Positions 28,501-43,000 of a stretch of 64,000 nt of DNA are shown in pieces (position 1 is the stretch's first letter; every line of letters begins with the position of its first letter). Position numbers and translations under genes: made by a program. The notes under the pieces are model-generated. The model saw only the letters and a program-made list of their open reading frames with translations. It was not told the DNA's origin and ran no database searches. The stretch lies in NCBI RefSeq assembly GCF_009914755.1, contig NC_060933.1; one strand, given 5' to 3'. The stretch comes from the human T2T-CHM13v2.0 reference genome, Homo sapiens.

Positions 28501-31500
28501 AATGGAATGGAATCATCCGTAATGGAATGGAAAGGAATGGAATGGAATGGAATGGAATGGAATGGAATGGAATCAACTCGATTACAATCGAATGGAATGG
28601 AATGGAATTAACCCGAATAGAATGGAATGGTATGGAATGGAACGGAACGGAATGGAATGGAATGGAATGGAATGGAATGGAATGGAATTGAACGGAAAGG
28701 AATGGAATGGAATGGAATGGAATGGAATGGAATGGAATGGAATCAACGCGAGTGCAGGGGAATGGAATGGAATGGAATGCAATGGAATGGAATCTTCCGG
28801 AATGGAATGGAATGGAATGGAATGGAATGGAATGAAATGCAATGGATTCAACTCGATTGCAATGGAATGGAATAGAATGGAATGGAATGGAATGGAATGG
28901 AATTAATCCGAATAGAATGGAATGGAATGGAAAGGAACAGAATGGAACGGAATGGAATGGAATGGAATGGAATGGTATGGAATGGAATGGAATGGTACGG
29001 AATAGAATGGAATGGAACGAATTGCAATGGAATGGAATTGAATGGAATGGAATGGAATGGAATCAACGCGAGTGCAGGGGAATGTAATGGAACGGAATGC
29101 AATGGAATGGAATCATCTGGAATGGAATGGAATGGAATGGAATGGAATGGAATCAACCCGAGTGCAATGGAATGGAGTGGAATGGAATGGAATGGAATGG
29201 AACAACCCGAATGGAATGGAATGTAATGGAGAGTAAGGGAGTTGAATAGAATCAATCCGAATGTAATGGAATGGAATGCAACGGAATGGAATGGAATGGA
29301 ATGGAATGGAATGCAATGGAATGGAATCAACTCGAGTACAATGGAATGGAATGGAATGGAATTGAATGTAATGGAATGGAATCAACTCGAGTACAATGGA
29401 ATGGAATGGAATGGAATGGAATGGAATGGAATGGAATGGAATTGAATGGAATGGAATGCCTTCAAACCGAATAGAATGGAAAGGAATGGAATCACCACGA
29501 GTGGAATGGAATGGAATGGAAAGGAATGGAATGGAATAGAATGGTACGGAATAGAATGGAATGGAACGAACTGGAATGGAATGGAATGGAATGGAATGGA
29601 ATGGAATCGTTCTGAGTGGAATAGGTGGGAATGTATTCGAGTGGAATGGAAAGGAATGGAATCAACAAGATTGGAATGGAAGGGAATGGAATGGAATGGA
29701 AACTAATAGAATGGAATCAACACGAGTGGAATGGAATGGAAAGGACTGGAATGGAATGGAATGGAATGGAATGGAATGGAATCAACTACATTGTAATGGA
29801 ATGGAAAGGAATGGAATGGAATGGAATTAACCCGAATACAATGGAATGGAGTAGAATGGAATGGAATGGAGTGGAATGGAATGGAATCAACCCGAGTGCA
29901 GGGGAATGGAATGGAATGGAATGCAATGGAATGGAATCATTCGGAATGGAATGGAATGGAATGGAATGCAAAGCAATGGAATCAACTCGATTGCAGTGGA
30001 ATGGAATGGAATGGAAAGGAATAGAACGGAATCAACCCGAATGTAATGGAATGGAAAGGACTGTAATGGAGTGGAATGGAATGGAATGGAATGGAATGGA
30101 ATCAACTCGATTGGAATGGAATGGAATGGAATGGAAAGGAATGGAATGGAATTAACCCGAATAGAATGAAATGGAATGGAATGGAACGGAATGGAATGGA
30201 ATGGAATGGAATGGAATGGAATGGAATCAAACCGACTGCAGGGGAATGGAATGGAATGGAATGCAATAGAATGGAATCAACCGGAACGGAATGGAATGGA
30301 ATGGAATGGAATCAACTCGATTGCAATCGAATGGAATGGAATGGAATTAACCCGAATAGAATGGAATGGAATGGAATGGAATGGAATGGAATGGAATGGA
30401 ATGGAATGGAATCAACCCGAGTGCAGGGGAATGGAGTGGAATGGAAGGCAATGGAATGGAATCATCCGGAATTGAATGGAATGGAATGGAATCAACTCGA
30501 TTGAAATGGAATGGAATGGAATGGAATGGATGGGAATGGAATGGAATGTAATGAACCCGAGTGCAGGGGAATGGAATGGAATGAAATGCAATGGAATGGA
30601 GTCATCCTGAATGGAACGGAATGGAATGGAATGGAATCAACCCGTGTGCAATGTAATGGAATCGAAAGGAATGGAATGGAATGGAATGGATTCAACCCAA
30701 ATGGAATGAAATGGAATGGAATAAACCCGAGTGGAATGGCATGGAATGGAGTGGAATGGAATGGAATGGAATGGTACAGAATAGAATGGAAAGGAACGAA
30801 ATGGAATGGAATGGAATGGAATGGAATGGAATGGAATGGAACGGAACGGAACGGAACGGAATGGAATGGAATGGAATGGAATGGAATGGAATGAACCCGT
30901 GTGCAATGGAATGGAATGGAATGGAATGGGATCAACACGAATGGAATGCAAAGGAATGGAATCAACACGATTGGAATGGCATGGAATGGAATGGAATGGA
31001 ATGGAATGGAATGGAATGGAATGGAATGGAATGAAATGGAATGGAAAGGAATGGAATGGAATCAACCCGAGTGCAGTGTAATGGAATCGAATGGAATGGA
31101 ATGGAATGGAATGGATTCAACACGAATGGAATGGAAAGGAATGGAATAAACCCGCGTGGAATGGCATGGAATGGAGTGGAATGGAATGGAATGGAATGGA
31201 ATGGAATCAACCCGAGTGCAATGTAATGGAATCGAATGGAATGGAATGGAATGGAATGGATTCAACCCGAATGGAATGGAAAGGAATGGAATAAACCCGA
31301 GTGGAATGGCATGGAGTGGAGTGGAATGGAATGGAATGGAATGGAATGGAATGGAATGGTACGGAATAGAATGGAAAGGAACGAAATGGAATGGAATGGA
31401 ATGGAATGAATCCGTGTGCAATGGAATGGAATCGAATGGAATGGAATGGATTGGAATGGATTCAACTCGAATGGAATGGAAAGGAATGGAATGAACCCGA

Positions 31501-33801
31501 GTGGAATGGCATGGAATGGAATGGAATGGAATGGAATGGAATGGAATGGAATGGTACGGAATAGAATGGAAAGGAACGAAATGGAATGGAATGAAATGGA
31601 ATGGAATGGAATGGAATGGAATGGAATGGAATGGAATGGAATCAACCCGAGTGCAGGGGAATGGAATGGAATTGAAGGCAATGGAATGGAATCATCCGGA
31701 ATTGAATGGAATGGAATGGAATCAACACGATTGCAATGGAATGGAATGGAATGGAATGGAATGGAATGGAATGGAATGGAATGGAATTAACCCGAATAGA
31801 ATGGAATGGAATGGAATGGAAGTAAATGGAATGGAATGTAATGAACCCGAGTGCAGGGGAATGGAATGGAATGGAATGCAATGGAATGGTGTCATCCGGA
31901 ATGGAACGGAAAGGAATGGAATGGAACAAACCCGTGTGCAATGGAATTGAAAGGAATGGAATGGAATGGAATAGAATGCAATGGAATGGAATGGAATGGA
32001 TTCAACCCGAATGGAATGGAAAGGAAGGGAATCAACCCAAGTGGAATGGCATGGAATGGAATAGATTGGAATGGAATGGAATGGAATGGTACCGAATAGA
32101 ACGGAATGGAACGAAATGGAATGGAATGGAATGGAATGGAATGGAATGAACCCGTGTGCAATGGATAGGAATGGAATGGAATGGAATGGAATGGAATGGA
32201 ATGGGTTCGACTGGAATGGAACGGAATGGAATGAAATCAACCCGAGTGGAATGGCATGGAATGGAATGGAATGGAATGGAATGGAATGGAAACAACACGA
32301 GTGCAATGTAATGGAATCGAATGGAATGGAATGGAATGGATTCAACCCGAATGGAATGGAAACGAATGGAATAAAACCGAGTGGAATGGCATGGAATGGA
32401 GTCTAATGGAATGGAATGGAATGGAATGGTATGGAATAGAATGGAATGGAACGACATGGAATGGAATGGAAATTTAATGAAATGAACCCGTGTGCAATGG
32501 AATGGAATGGAATGGAATGGAATGGAATGGATTCAACTCGAATGGAATGGAAAGGAATGGAATCAACCCGAGTGGAATGGCATGGATTGGAATGGAATGG
32601 AATGGAGTCAACCCGAGTACAGGGGAATGGAATGGAATGGAATGCAATGGAATGGAATCATCCGTAATGGAATGGAAAGGAATGGAATGGAATGGAATGG
32701 AATGGAATGGAATAGAATCAACTCGATTGCAATCGAATGGAATGGAATGGAATTAACCCAAATAGAATGGAAAGGAATGGAATGGAACGGAACGGAACGG
32801 AATGGAATGGAATGGAATGGAATGGAACGGAAAGGAAGGGAATGGAATGGAATAGAATGGAATGGAATGGAATCAACGCGAGTGCAGGGGAATGGAATGG
32901 AATGGAATGCAATGGAATGGAATCTTCCGGAATGGAATGGAATGGAATGGAATGGAATGGAATGGAATCAACCCGAGTGCAGTGGAATGGAGTGGAATGG
33001 AATGGAATGGAATGGAACAACCCGAATGGAACGGAATGTAATGGAGAGTAAGGGAGTTGAATAGAATCAATCCGAATGTAATGGAATGGAATGGAACGGA
33101 ATGGAATTGAATGGAATGGAATGGAATGCAATGGAATGGAATCAACCCGAGAGCAATGGAATGGAGAGGAATGGAATGGAATGGAATGGAAACTACCCGA
33201 ATGGAATGGAATGTAATGGAGTGTAAGGGAATTGAATAGAATCAATCCGAATGTAATGGAATGGAATGGAACGGAATGGAATGGAATGGAATGGAATGGA
33301 ATGGAATGGAATTGAATGCAATGTAATGGAATCAACCCGAGTGCAATTGAATGGAATCGATTGGAATGGAATGCAATGGAATGGATTCAACTTGAATGGA
33401 ATGGAAAGAATGGAATCAACACGAGTGGAATGGCATGGATTGGAATGGAATGGAATGGAATCAACCCGAGTACAGGGGAATGGAATGGAATGGAATGCAA
33501 TGGAATGGAATCATCCGTAATGGAATGGAAAGGAATGGAATGGAATGGAATGGAATGGAATGGAATCAACTCGATTACAATCGAATGGAATGGAATGGAA
33601 TTAACCCGAATAGAATGGAATGGAATGGAATGGAACGGAACGGAATGGAATGGAATGGAATGGAATGGAATGGAATGGAATGGAATTGAACGGAACGGAA
33701 TGGAATGGAATGGAATGGAATGGAATGGAATGGAATGGAATCAACGCGAGTGCAGGGGAATGGAATGGAATGGAATGCAATGGAATGGAATCTTCCGGAA
33801 T
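20224..33801. promoter_or_regulatory. Cluster of consensus heat-shock elements (nGAAn nTTCn nGAAn)
   Basis: GGAAT-CTTC(C/T)-GGAAT or GGAAT-ATTCC-GGAAT starting at 20224, 21062, 22925, 23958, 27931, 28789, 32919 and 33787. Motif match only; binding not shown. Confidence 0.55.
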
Positions 33802-34050
33802 GGAATGGAATGGAATGGAATGGAATGAAATGCAATGGATTCAACTCGATTGCAATGGAATGGAATAGAATGGAATGGAATGGAATGGAAAGGAATTAAT
33901 CCGAATAGAATGGAATGGAATGGAAAGGAACAGAATGGAACGGAATGGAATGGAATGGAATGGAATGGTATGGAATGGAATGGAATGGTACGGAATAGAA
34001 TGGAATGGAACGAATTGCAATGGAATGGAATTGAATGGAATGGAATGGAA
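22580..34050 (+). repeat. ~5.0 kb higher-order tandem repeat (B+A composite), about 2.3 copies
   Basis: Marker GGAGTCAACCCGAGTACAGG at 22610, 27611 and 32604. Other shared markers: TCGTTCTGAG 24761/29607, CAAACCGACTGCAGG 25392/30228, GGAGTCTAAT 27401/32398, TAATCCGAAT 24068/28904/33897. Confidence 0.85.
23144..23490 (+). repeat. 175-bp tandem duplication private to the first 5-kb unit
   Basis: CAACCCGAGAGCAATGGAATGGAGAGG...AAACTACCCG at 23144 and 23319. Only one copy at the equivalent sites (~28155, ~33143). Confidence 0.85.
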
Positions 34051-37000
34051 TGGAATGGAATGGAATGGAATGGAATGAAATGGAATGGAAGGGAATGGAT
34101 TGAAATGGAATGGAATGGAATGGAATCAACCCGAGTGCAATGTAATGGAATCGAATGGAATGGAATGGAATGGAATGGATTCAACCCGAATGGAATGGAA
34201 AGGAATGGAATAAACCCGAGTGGAATGGCATGGAGTGGAGTGGAATGGAATGGAATGGAATGGAATGGAATGGTACGGAATAGAATGGAAAGGAACGAAA
34301 TGGAATGGAATGGAATGGAATGAACCCGTGTGCAATGGAATGGAATTGAATGGAATGGAATGGATTGGAATGGATTCAACTCGAATGGAATGGAAAGGAA
34401 TGGAATCAACCCGAGTGGAATGGCATGGAATGGAATGGAATGGAATGGAATGGAATGGAATGGTACGGAATAGAATGGAAAGGAACGAAATGGAATGGAA
34501 TGAAATGGAATGGAATGGAATGGAATGGAATGGAATGGAATGGAATGGAATGGAATCAACCCGAGTGCAGGGGAATGGAATGGAATTGAAGGCAATGGAA
34601 TGGAATCATCCGGAATTGAATGGAATGGAATGGAATCAACTCGATTGCAATGGAATGGAATGGAATGGAATGGAATGGAATGGAATGGAATGGAATGGAA
34701 TGGAATGGAATTAACCCGAATAGAATGGAATGGAATGGAATGGAAGTAAATGGAATGGAATGTAATGAACCCGAGTGCAGGGGAATGGAATGGAATGGAA
34801 TGCAATGGAATGGTGTCATCCGGAATGGAACGGAAAGGAATGGAATGGAACAAACCCGTGTGCAATGGAATTGAAAGGAATGGAATGGAATGGAATAGAA
34901 TGCAATGGAATGGAATGGAATGGATTCAACCCGAATGGAATGGAAAGGAAGGGAATCAACCCAAGTGGAATGGCATGGAATGGAATAGATTGGAATGGAA
35001 TGGAATGGAATGGTACCGAATAGAATGGAATGGAACGAAATGGAATGGAATGGAATGGAATGGAATGGAATGAACCCGTGTGCAATGGATAGGAATGGAA
35101 TGGAATGGAATGGAATGGGTTCGACTGGAATGGAACGGAATGGAATGAAATCAACCCGAGTGGAATGGCATGGAATGGAATGGAATGGAATGGAATGGAA
35201 TGGAATGGAATGGAATGGAAACAGCACGAGTGCAATGTAATGGAATCGAATGGAATGGAATGGAATGGATTCAACCCGAATGGAATGGAAACGAATGGAA
35301 TAAAACCGAGTGGAATGGCATGGAATGGAGTCTAATGGAATGGAATGGAATGGAATGGTATGGAATAGAATGGAATGGAACGAAATGGAATGGAATGGAA
35401 TGGAATGAAATGAACCAGTGTGCAATGGAATGGAATGGAATGGAATGGAATGGAATGGATTCAACTCGAATGGAATGGAAAGGAATGGAATCAACCCGAG
35501 TGGAATGGCATGGAATGGAATGGAATGGAATGGAATGGAATGGAATTAACCCTAATAGAATGGAATGGAATGGAATGGAATGGAATGGAATGGAATGGAA
35601 TGGAAGGAAATGGAATGGAATGGAATGGAATGGAAAGGAATGGAATGGAATGGAATGGAATGGTACGGAATAGAATGGAATGGAACGAAATGGAATGGAA
35701 TGGAATGGAATGGAATGGAATAGAATGGAATGGAATGGAATCAACCCGAGTGCAGGGAAATGGAATGGAATGGAAGGCAATGGAATGACATCATTCGGAA
35801 TTGAATGGAATGGAATGGAATGGAATGGAATCAACTCGATTGAAATGGAATGGAATGGAATGGAATGGAATGGAATGGAATGGAATGGAATGGAATGGAA
35901 TGGAATGGAAGTGAATGGAATGGAATGTAATGAAACCGAGTGCAGGGGAATGGAATGGAATGGAATGCAATGGAATGGAGTCATCCGGAATGGAAAGGAA
36001 TGGAATGGAATGGAATCAACCCGAGTGCAATGGAATGGAATGGAATGGAAAGGAATGCAATGGAATGGATTCAACCCGAATGGAATGGAAAGGAATGGAA
36101 TCAACCCGAGAGGAATGGCATGGAATGGAATGGAATGGAATGGAGTGGAATGGTACAGAATAGAATGTAATGGAACGAAATGGAATGGAATGGAATGGAA
36201 TGGAATGGAATCATTCCGAATGGAATAGAAGGGAATGTTTTCGAGTGGAATGAAAAGGAATGGAATCAACCAGAATGGAATGGAATGGAATCGAGTGGAA
36301 TGGAATGCAATCGAATGGAATGGAAAGGAATAGAATGGAATCAAACTGAGTGGAATGGAATGGAAAGGACTGGAATGGAATGCAATGGAATGCAATGGAA
36401 TCAACTCGATTGCAATGAAATGGAATGGAATGGAATGGAATGGAATTAACCGGAATAGAATGGAATTGAATGGAATGGAAAGGAATGGAATGGAATAGAA
36501 TGGAATGGAATGGATTCAACTCGAATGGAATGGAAAGGAATGGAATCAACCCGAGTGGAATGGCATGGAATGGAATGGAATTAACCCTAATAGAATGGAA
36601 TGGAATGGAATGGAATGGAATGGAATGGAATGGAATGGAAGGAAATGGAATGGAATGGAATGGAATGGAATGGAATGGAATGGAACGGACTGGAAGGAAA
36701 TGGAATGGAATGGCATGGAATGGAATGGAATGGAATGGAATGGAATGGAATGGTACGGAATAGAATGGAATGGAACGAAATGGAATGGAATGGAATGGAA
36801 TGGAATGGAATGGAATGGAATGGAATGGAATGAAATCAACCCGAGTGCAGGGGAATGGAATGGAATGGAAGGCAATGGAATGAAATCATTCGGAATTGAA
36901 TGGAATGGAATGGAATGGAATGGAATCAACTCGATTGAAATGGAATGGAATGGAATGGAATGGAATGGAATGGAATGGAATGGAATGGAATGAAACCGAG

Positions 37001-40000
37001 TGCAGGGGAATGGAATGGAATGGAATGCAATGGAATGGAGTCATCCGGAATGGAACGGAATGGAATGGAATGGAATCAACCCGAGTGCAATGGAATGGAA
37101 TGGAATGGAATGGAAGGGAATGGAATGGAATGGATTCAACCCGAATAGAATGGAAAGCAATGGAATCAACCCGAGAGGAATGGCATGGAATGGAATGGAG
37201 TGGAATGGTACGGAATAGAATGTAATGGAACGAAACGGAATGGAATGGAATGGAATGGAATGGAATGGAATGGAATGGAATGGAATGGAATCATTCCGAG
37301 TGGAATAGAAGGGAATGTTTTCGAGTGGAATGAAAAGGAATGGTATCAACCAGAGTGGAATGGAATGGAATCGAATGGAATGGAAAGGAATAGAATGGAA
37401 TCAACCCGAGTGGAATGGAATGGAAAGGACTGGAATGGAATGGAATGGAATGCAATGGAATCAACTCGATTGCAATGAAATGGAATGGAATGGAATGGAA
37501 TGGAATGGAATAGAATGGAATGGAATAGAATGGAAAGGAATCACCCCAAGTGCAGGGGAATTTAATGGAATGGAATGCAGTGGAATGGAATCATCCGGAA
37601 TGGAATGGAATGGAATGGAATGGAACGGAATGGAATGGAATCAACTCGATTTCAATGGAATGGAAAGGAATGGAATGGAATGGAATGCAATGGAATCGTA
37701 CGGAATAGAATGGAATGGAACGAAATGGAATGGAATGGAATGGAATGGAATGGAATGGAATGGAATGGAATGGAACGGAATGGAATGGAATGAACCCGCG
37801 TGCAATGGAATGGAATGGAATGGAATGGAATGGAATGGAATGGAATGGAATGGAATGGGTTCAACTCGAATGGAATGGAAAGGAATGGAATCAACCCGAG
37901 TGCAGGGGAATGGAGTGGAATGGAAGGCTATGGAATGGAATCATCCGGAATGGAATGGAATGGAATGGAATGGAATGGAATCAACCTGAGTGCAGGGGAA
38001 TGGAATGCAATGGAATGCAATGGAATGGAATGGAATGGAATGCAATGGAAACAACTCGATTGCAATGGAATGGAATGGAATGGAATGGAATGGAATGGAA
38101 TGGAATGGAATGGAATGGAATGGAATTAACCTGAACAGAATGGAATGGAATGGAATGGAATGGAAGTAAATGGAATGGAATGTAATGAACCCGAGGGCAG
38201 GGGAATGGAATGGAATGGAATGCAATGGAATGGAGTCAACCGGAATGGAACAGAAAGGAATGGAATGGAATCAACCCGTGTGCAATGGAATGGAAAGGAA
38301 TGGAATGGAATGGAATGGAATGGAATGGAATGGATTCAACCCGAATGGAATGGAAAGGAAGGGAATCAACCCAAGTGGAATGGCATGGAATGGAATGGAA
38401 TGGAATGGAATGGAATGGAATGGAATGGTACCGAAAAGAATGGAATGGAACGAAATGGAATAGAATGGAATGGAATGGTATGGAAACAACCCGAATGGAA
38501 TGGAATGAAATGGAGTGTAAGGGAATTGAATACAATCAATCCGAATGTAATGGAATGGAATGGAACGGAATGGAATGGAATGGAATGGAATGCAGTGGAA
38601 TGGAATCAAACCTAGTGCAATGGAATGGAATGGAATGGAATGGAATGGAATGGAATGGAATGCAATGGAATGGATTCAACCCAAATGGAATGGAAAGCAA
38701 TGGAATCAACCCGAGTGGAATGGCATGGAATGGAATGGAACGGAATGGAATGGAATGGAATGGAATGGAATGGAATGGAATGGAATGGTACGGAATAGAA
38801 TGGAATGGAACGAAATGGAATGGAATGGAATGGAATGGAACGGAAAGGAATGGAATGGATTCAACTCGAATGGAATGGAAAGGAATGGAATCAACCCGAG
38901 TGGAATAGCATGGATTGGAATGGAAAGGAATGGAATGGAATGGTACGGAATAGAGTGGAATGGAACGAAATGGAATGGAATGGAATGGAATGGAATGGAA
39001 TGGAATGGAATGGAATGGAATGGAATCAACCCGAGTGCAGGGGAATGGAGTGGAATGGAAGGCAATGGAATGGAATCATCAGGAATGGAATGGAATGGAA
39101 TGGAATGGAATGGAATGGAATGGGATCAACCTGAGTGCAGGGGAATGGAATGCAATGGAATGCAATGGAATGGAATGGAATGGAATGCAATCGAAACAAC
39201 TCGATTGCAATGGAATGGAATGGAATGGAATGGAATGGAATGGAATGGAATGGAATGGAATGGAATGGAATTAACCTGAACAGAATGGAATGGAATAGAA
39301 TGGAATGGAACGGAATGGAATGGAATGGAATGGAATGGAATCAACCCGAGTGCAGGGGAATGGAATGGAAGGGAATGCAATGGAATGGATTCATCCGTAA
39401 TGGAATGGAATGGAATGGAATGCAATGGAATGGAATCAATCAACCCGAGTGCAATGCAATGGAGTGGAATGGAATGGAATGGAACGGAAACTACCCGAAT
39501 GGAATGGAATGTAATGGAGTGTAAGGGAATTGAAAAGAATCAATCCGAATGTAATGGAATGGAATGGAACGGAATGAAATGGAATGGCATGGAATGGAAT
39601 GGAATCAACCCGAGTTCAATGGAATGGAATTGAACGGAATGGAATGGAAAGGAATGGATTCAACCCGAATGGAATGGAAAGGAATGGAATGGAATGGAAT
39701 GGAATGGTACGGAATAGAATGGAATGGAACGAAATGGAATGGAATGGAATGGAATGGAATGGAATGGAATGAACCCGTGTGCAATGGATTGGAATGGAAT
39801 GGAATGGAATGGAATGGAATGGTTTCAACTCGAATGGAATGGAAACGAATGGAATCAACCCGAGTGGAATGGCATGGAATGGAATGGAAAGGAATGGAAT
39901 GGAATGGAAAGGAATGGAATAGAATGAAATGGAATGGAATGGAATGGAATGGAATGGAAACAACACGAGTGCAATGTAATGGAATCGAGTGGAATGGAAT

Positions 40001-43000
40001 TGAATGGATAGGAATGGATTCAATCCGAATGGAATGGAAAGGAATGGAATAAACCCGAGAGGAATAGCATGGAATGGAGTGGAATGGAATGGAATGGAAT
40101 GGAATGGTATGGAATAGAATGGAATGGAACTAAATGGAATGGAATGGAATGGAATGGAATGGAATAGAATGAACCCGTGTGCAATGGAATGGAATGGAAT
40201 GGAATGGAATGGAATGGAATGGAATGGATTCAACTCGAATGGAATGGAAAGGAATGGAATGAACCCGAGTGGAATAGCATGGATTGGAATGGAAAGGAAT
40301 GGAATGGAATGGTACGGAATAGAGTGGAATGGAACGAAATGGAATGCAATGGAATTGAATGGAATGGAATGGAATGGAATGGAATCAAACCGAGTGCAGG
40401 GGAATGGAGTGGAATGGAAGGCAATGGAATGGAATCATCCGGAATTGAATGGAATGGAATGGAATGGAATGGAATCAACTCGATTGAAATGGAATGGAAT
40501 GGAATGGAATGGAGTGGATGGGAATGGAATGGAATGTAATGAACCCGAGTGCAGGGGAATGGAATGGAATGGAATGCAATGGAATGGAGTCATCCTGAAT
40601 GGAACGGAATGGAATGGAATGGAATCAACCCATGTGCAATATAATGGAATCGAAAGGAATGGAATGGAATGGAATGGATTCAACCAAAATGGAATGAAAA
40701 GGAATGGAATAAACCCGAGTGGAATGGCATGGAATGGTGTGGAATGGAATGGAATGGAATGGTACAGAATAGAATGGAATGGAACGAAATGGAATGGAAT
40801 GGAATGGAATGGAATGGAATGGAATGGAACGGAATGCAATGGAATGGAATGGAATGGAATGGAATGGAATGGAATGAACCCGTGTGCAATGGAATGGAAT
40901 GGAATGGAATGGGTTCAACACTAATGGAATGCAAAGGAATGGAATCAACACGAGTGGAATGGCATGGAATGGAATGGAATGGAATGGAATGGAATGGAAT
41001 GGAATGGAATGGAATGAAATGGAATGGAATGGAATGGAATGGAATCAACCTGAGTGCAGTGTAATGGAATCGAATGGAATGGAATGGAATGGAATGGATT
41101 CAACCCGAATGGAATGGAAAGGAATGGACTAAACCCGAGTGGAATGGCATGGAGTGGAGTGGAATGGAATGGAATGGAATGGAATGGAATGGTACGGAAT
41201 AGAATGGAATGGAACGACATGGAATGGAATGGAATGGAATGGAATGGAATGGAATGAACCCGTGTACAATGGAATGGAATCGAATGGAATGGAATGGATT
41301 GGAATGGATTCAACTCGAATGGAATGGAAAGGAATGGAATCAACCCGAGTGGAATGGCATGGAATGGAATGGAATGGAATGGAATGGAATGGTACGGAAT
41401 AGAATGGAAAGGAACGAAATGGAATGGAATGAAATGGAATGGAATGGAATGGAATGGAATGGAATGGAATGGAATCAACCCGAGTGCAGGGGAATGGAAT
41501 GGAATTGAAGGCAATGGAATGGAATCATCCGGAATTGAATGGAATGGAATGGAATCAACTCGATTGCAATGGAATGGAATGGAATGGAATGGAATGGAAT
41601 GGAATGGAATGGAATGGAATGGAATTAACCCGAATAGAATGGAATGGAATGGAATGGAAGTAAATGGAATGGAAGGTAATGAACCCGAGTGCAGGGGAAT
41701 GGAATGGAATGGAATGCAATGGAATGGAGTCATCCGGAATGGAACGGAAAGGAATGGAATGGAACCAACCCGTGTGCAATGGAATTGAAAGGAATGGAAT
41801 GGAATGGAATGGAATGGAATGGAATGGAATGGATTCAACCCGAATGGAATGGAAAGGAAGGGAATCAACCCAAGTGGAATGGCATGGAATGGAATGGATA
41901 GGAATGGAATGGAATGGAATGGAATGGTACCGAATGGAATAGAATGGAATGGTACCGAATAGAATGGAATGGAACGAAACGGAATGGAATGGAATGGAAT
42001 GGAATGAACCCGTGTGCAATGGATTGGAATGGAATGGAATGGAATGGAATGGAATGGGTTCGACTCGAATGGAACGGAATGGAATGAAATCAAACCGAGT
42101 GGAATGGCATGGAATGGAATGGAATGGAATGGAATGGAATGGAAACCACACGAGTGCAATGTAATGGAATCGAATGGAATGGAATGCAATGGATTCAACC
42201 CGAATGGAATGGAAACGAATGGAATAAAACCGAGTGGAATGGCATGGAATGGAGTCTAATGGAATGGAATGGAATGGAATGGAATGGTATGGAATAGAAT
42301 GGAATGGAACGAAATGGAATGGAATGGAATGGAATGAAATGAACCCGTGTGCAATGGAATGGAATGGAATGGAATGGAATGGAATGGATTCAACTCGAAT
42401 GGAATGGAAAGGAATGGAATCAACCCGAGTGGAATAGCATGGAATGGAATGGAATGGAATGGAATGGAATGGAATTAACCCTAATAGAATGGAATGGAAT
42501 GGAATGGAATGGAATGGAATGGAATGGAATGGAATGGAAGGAAATGGAATGGAATGGAATGGAATGGAATGGAATGGAATGGAATGGAATGGTACGGAAT
42601 AGAATGGAATGGAACGAAATGGAATGGAATGGAATGGAATGGAATGGAATGGAATGGAATGGAATCAACCCGAGTGCAGGGGAATGGAATGGAATGGAAG
42701 GCAATGGAATGACATCATTCGGAATTGAATGGAATGGAATGGAATGGAATGGAATCAACTCGATTGAAATGGAATGGAATGGAATGGAATGGAATGGAAT
42801 GGAATGGAATGGAAGTGAATGGAATGGAATGTAATGAAACCGAGTGCAGGGGAATGAAATGGAATGGAATGCAATGGAATGGAGTCATCCGGAATGGAAC
42901 GGAATGGAATGGAATGGAATCAACCCGAGTGCAATGGAATGGAATGGAATGGAAAGGAATGGAATGGAATGGACTCAACCCGAATGGAATGGAAAGGAAT

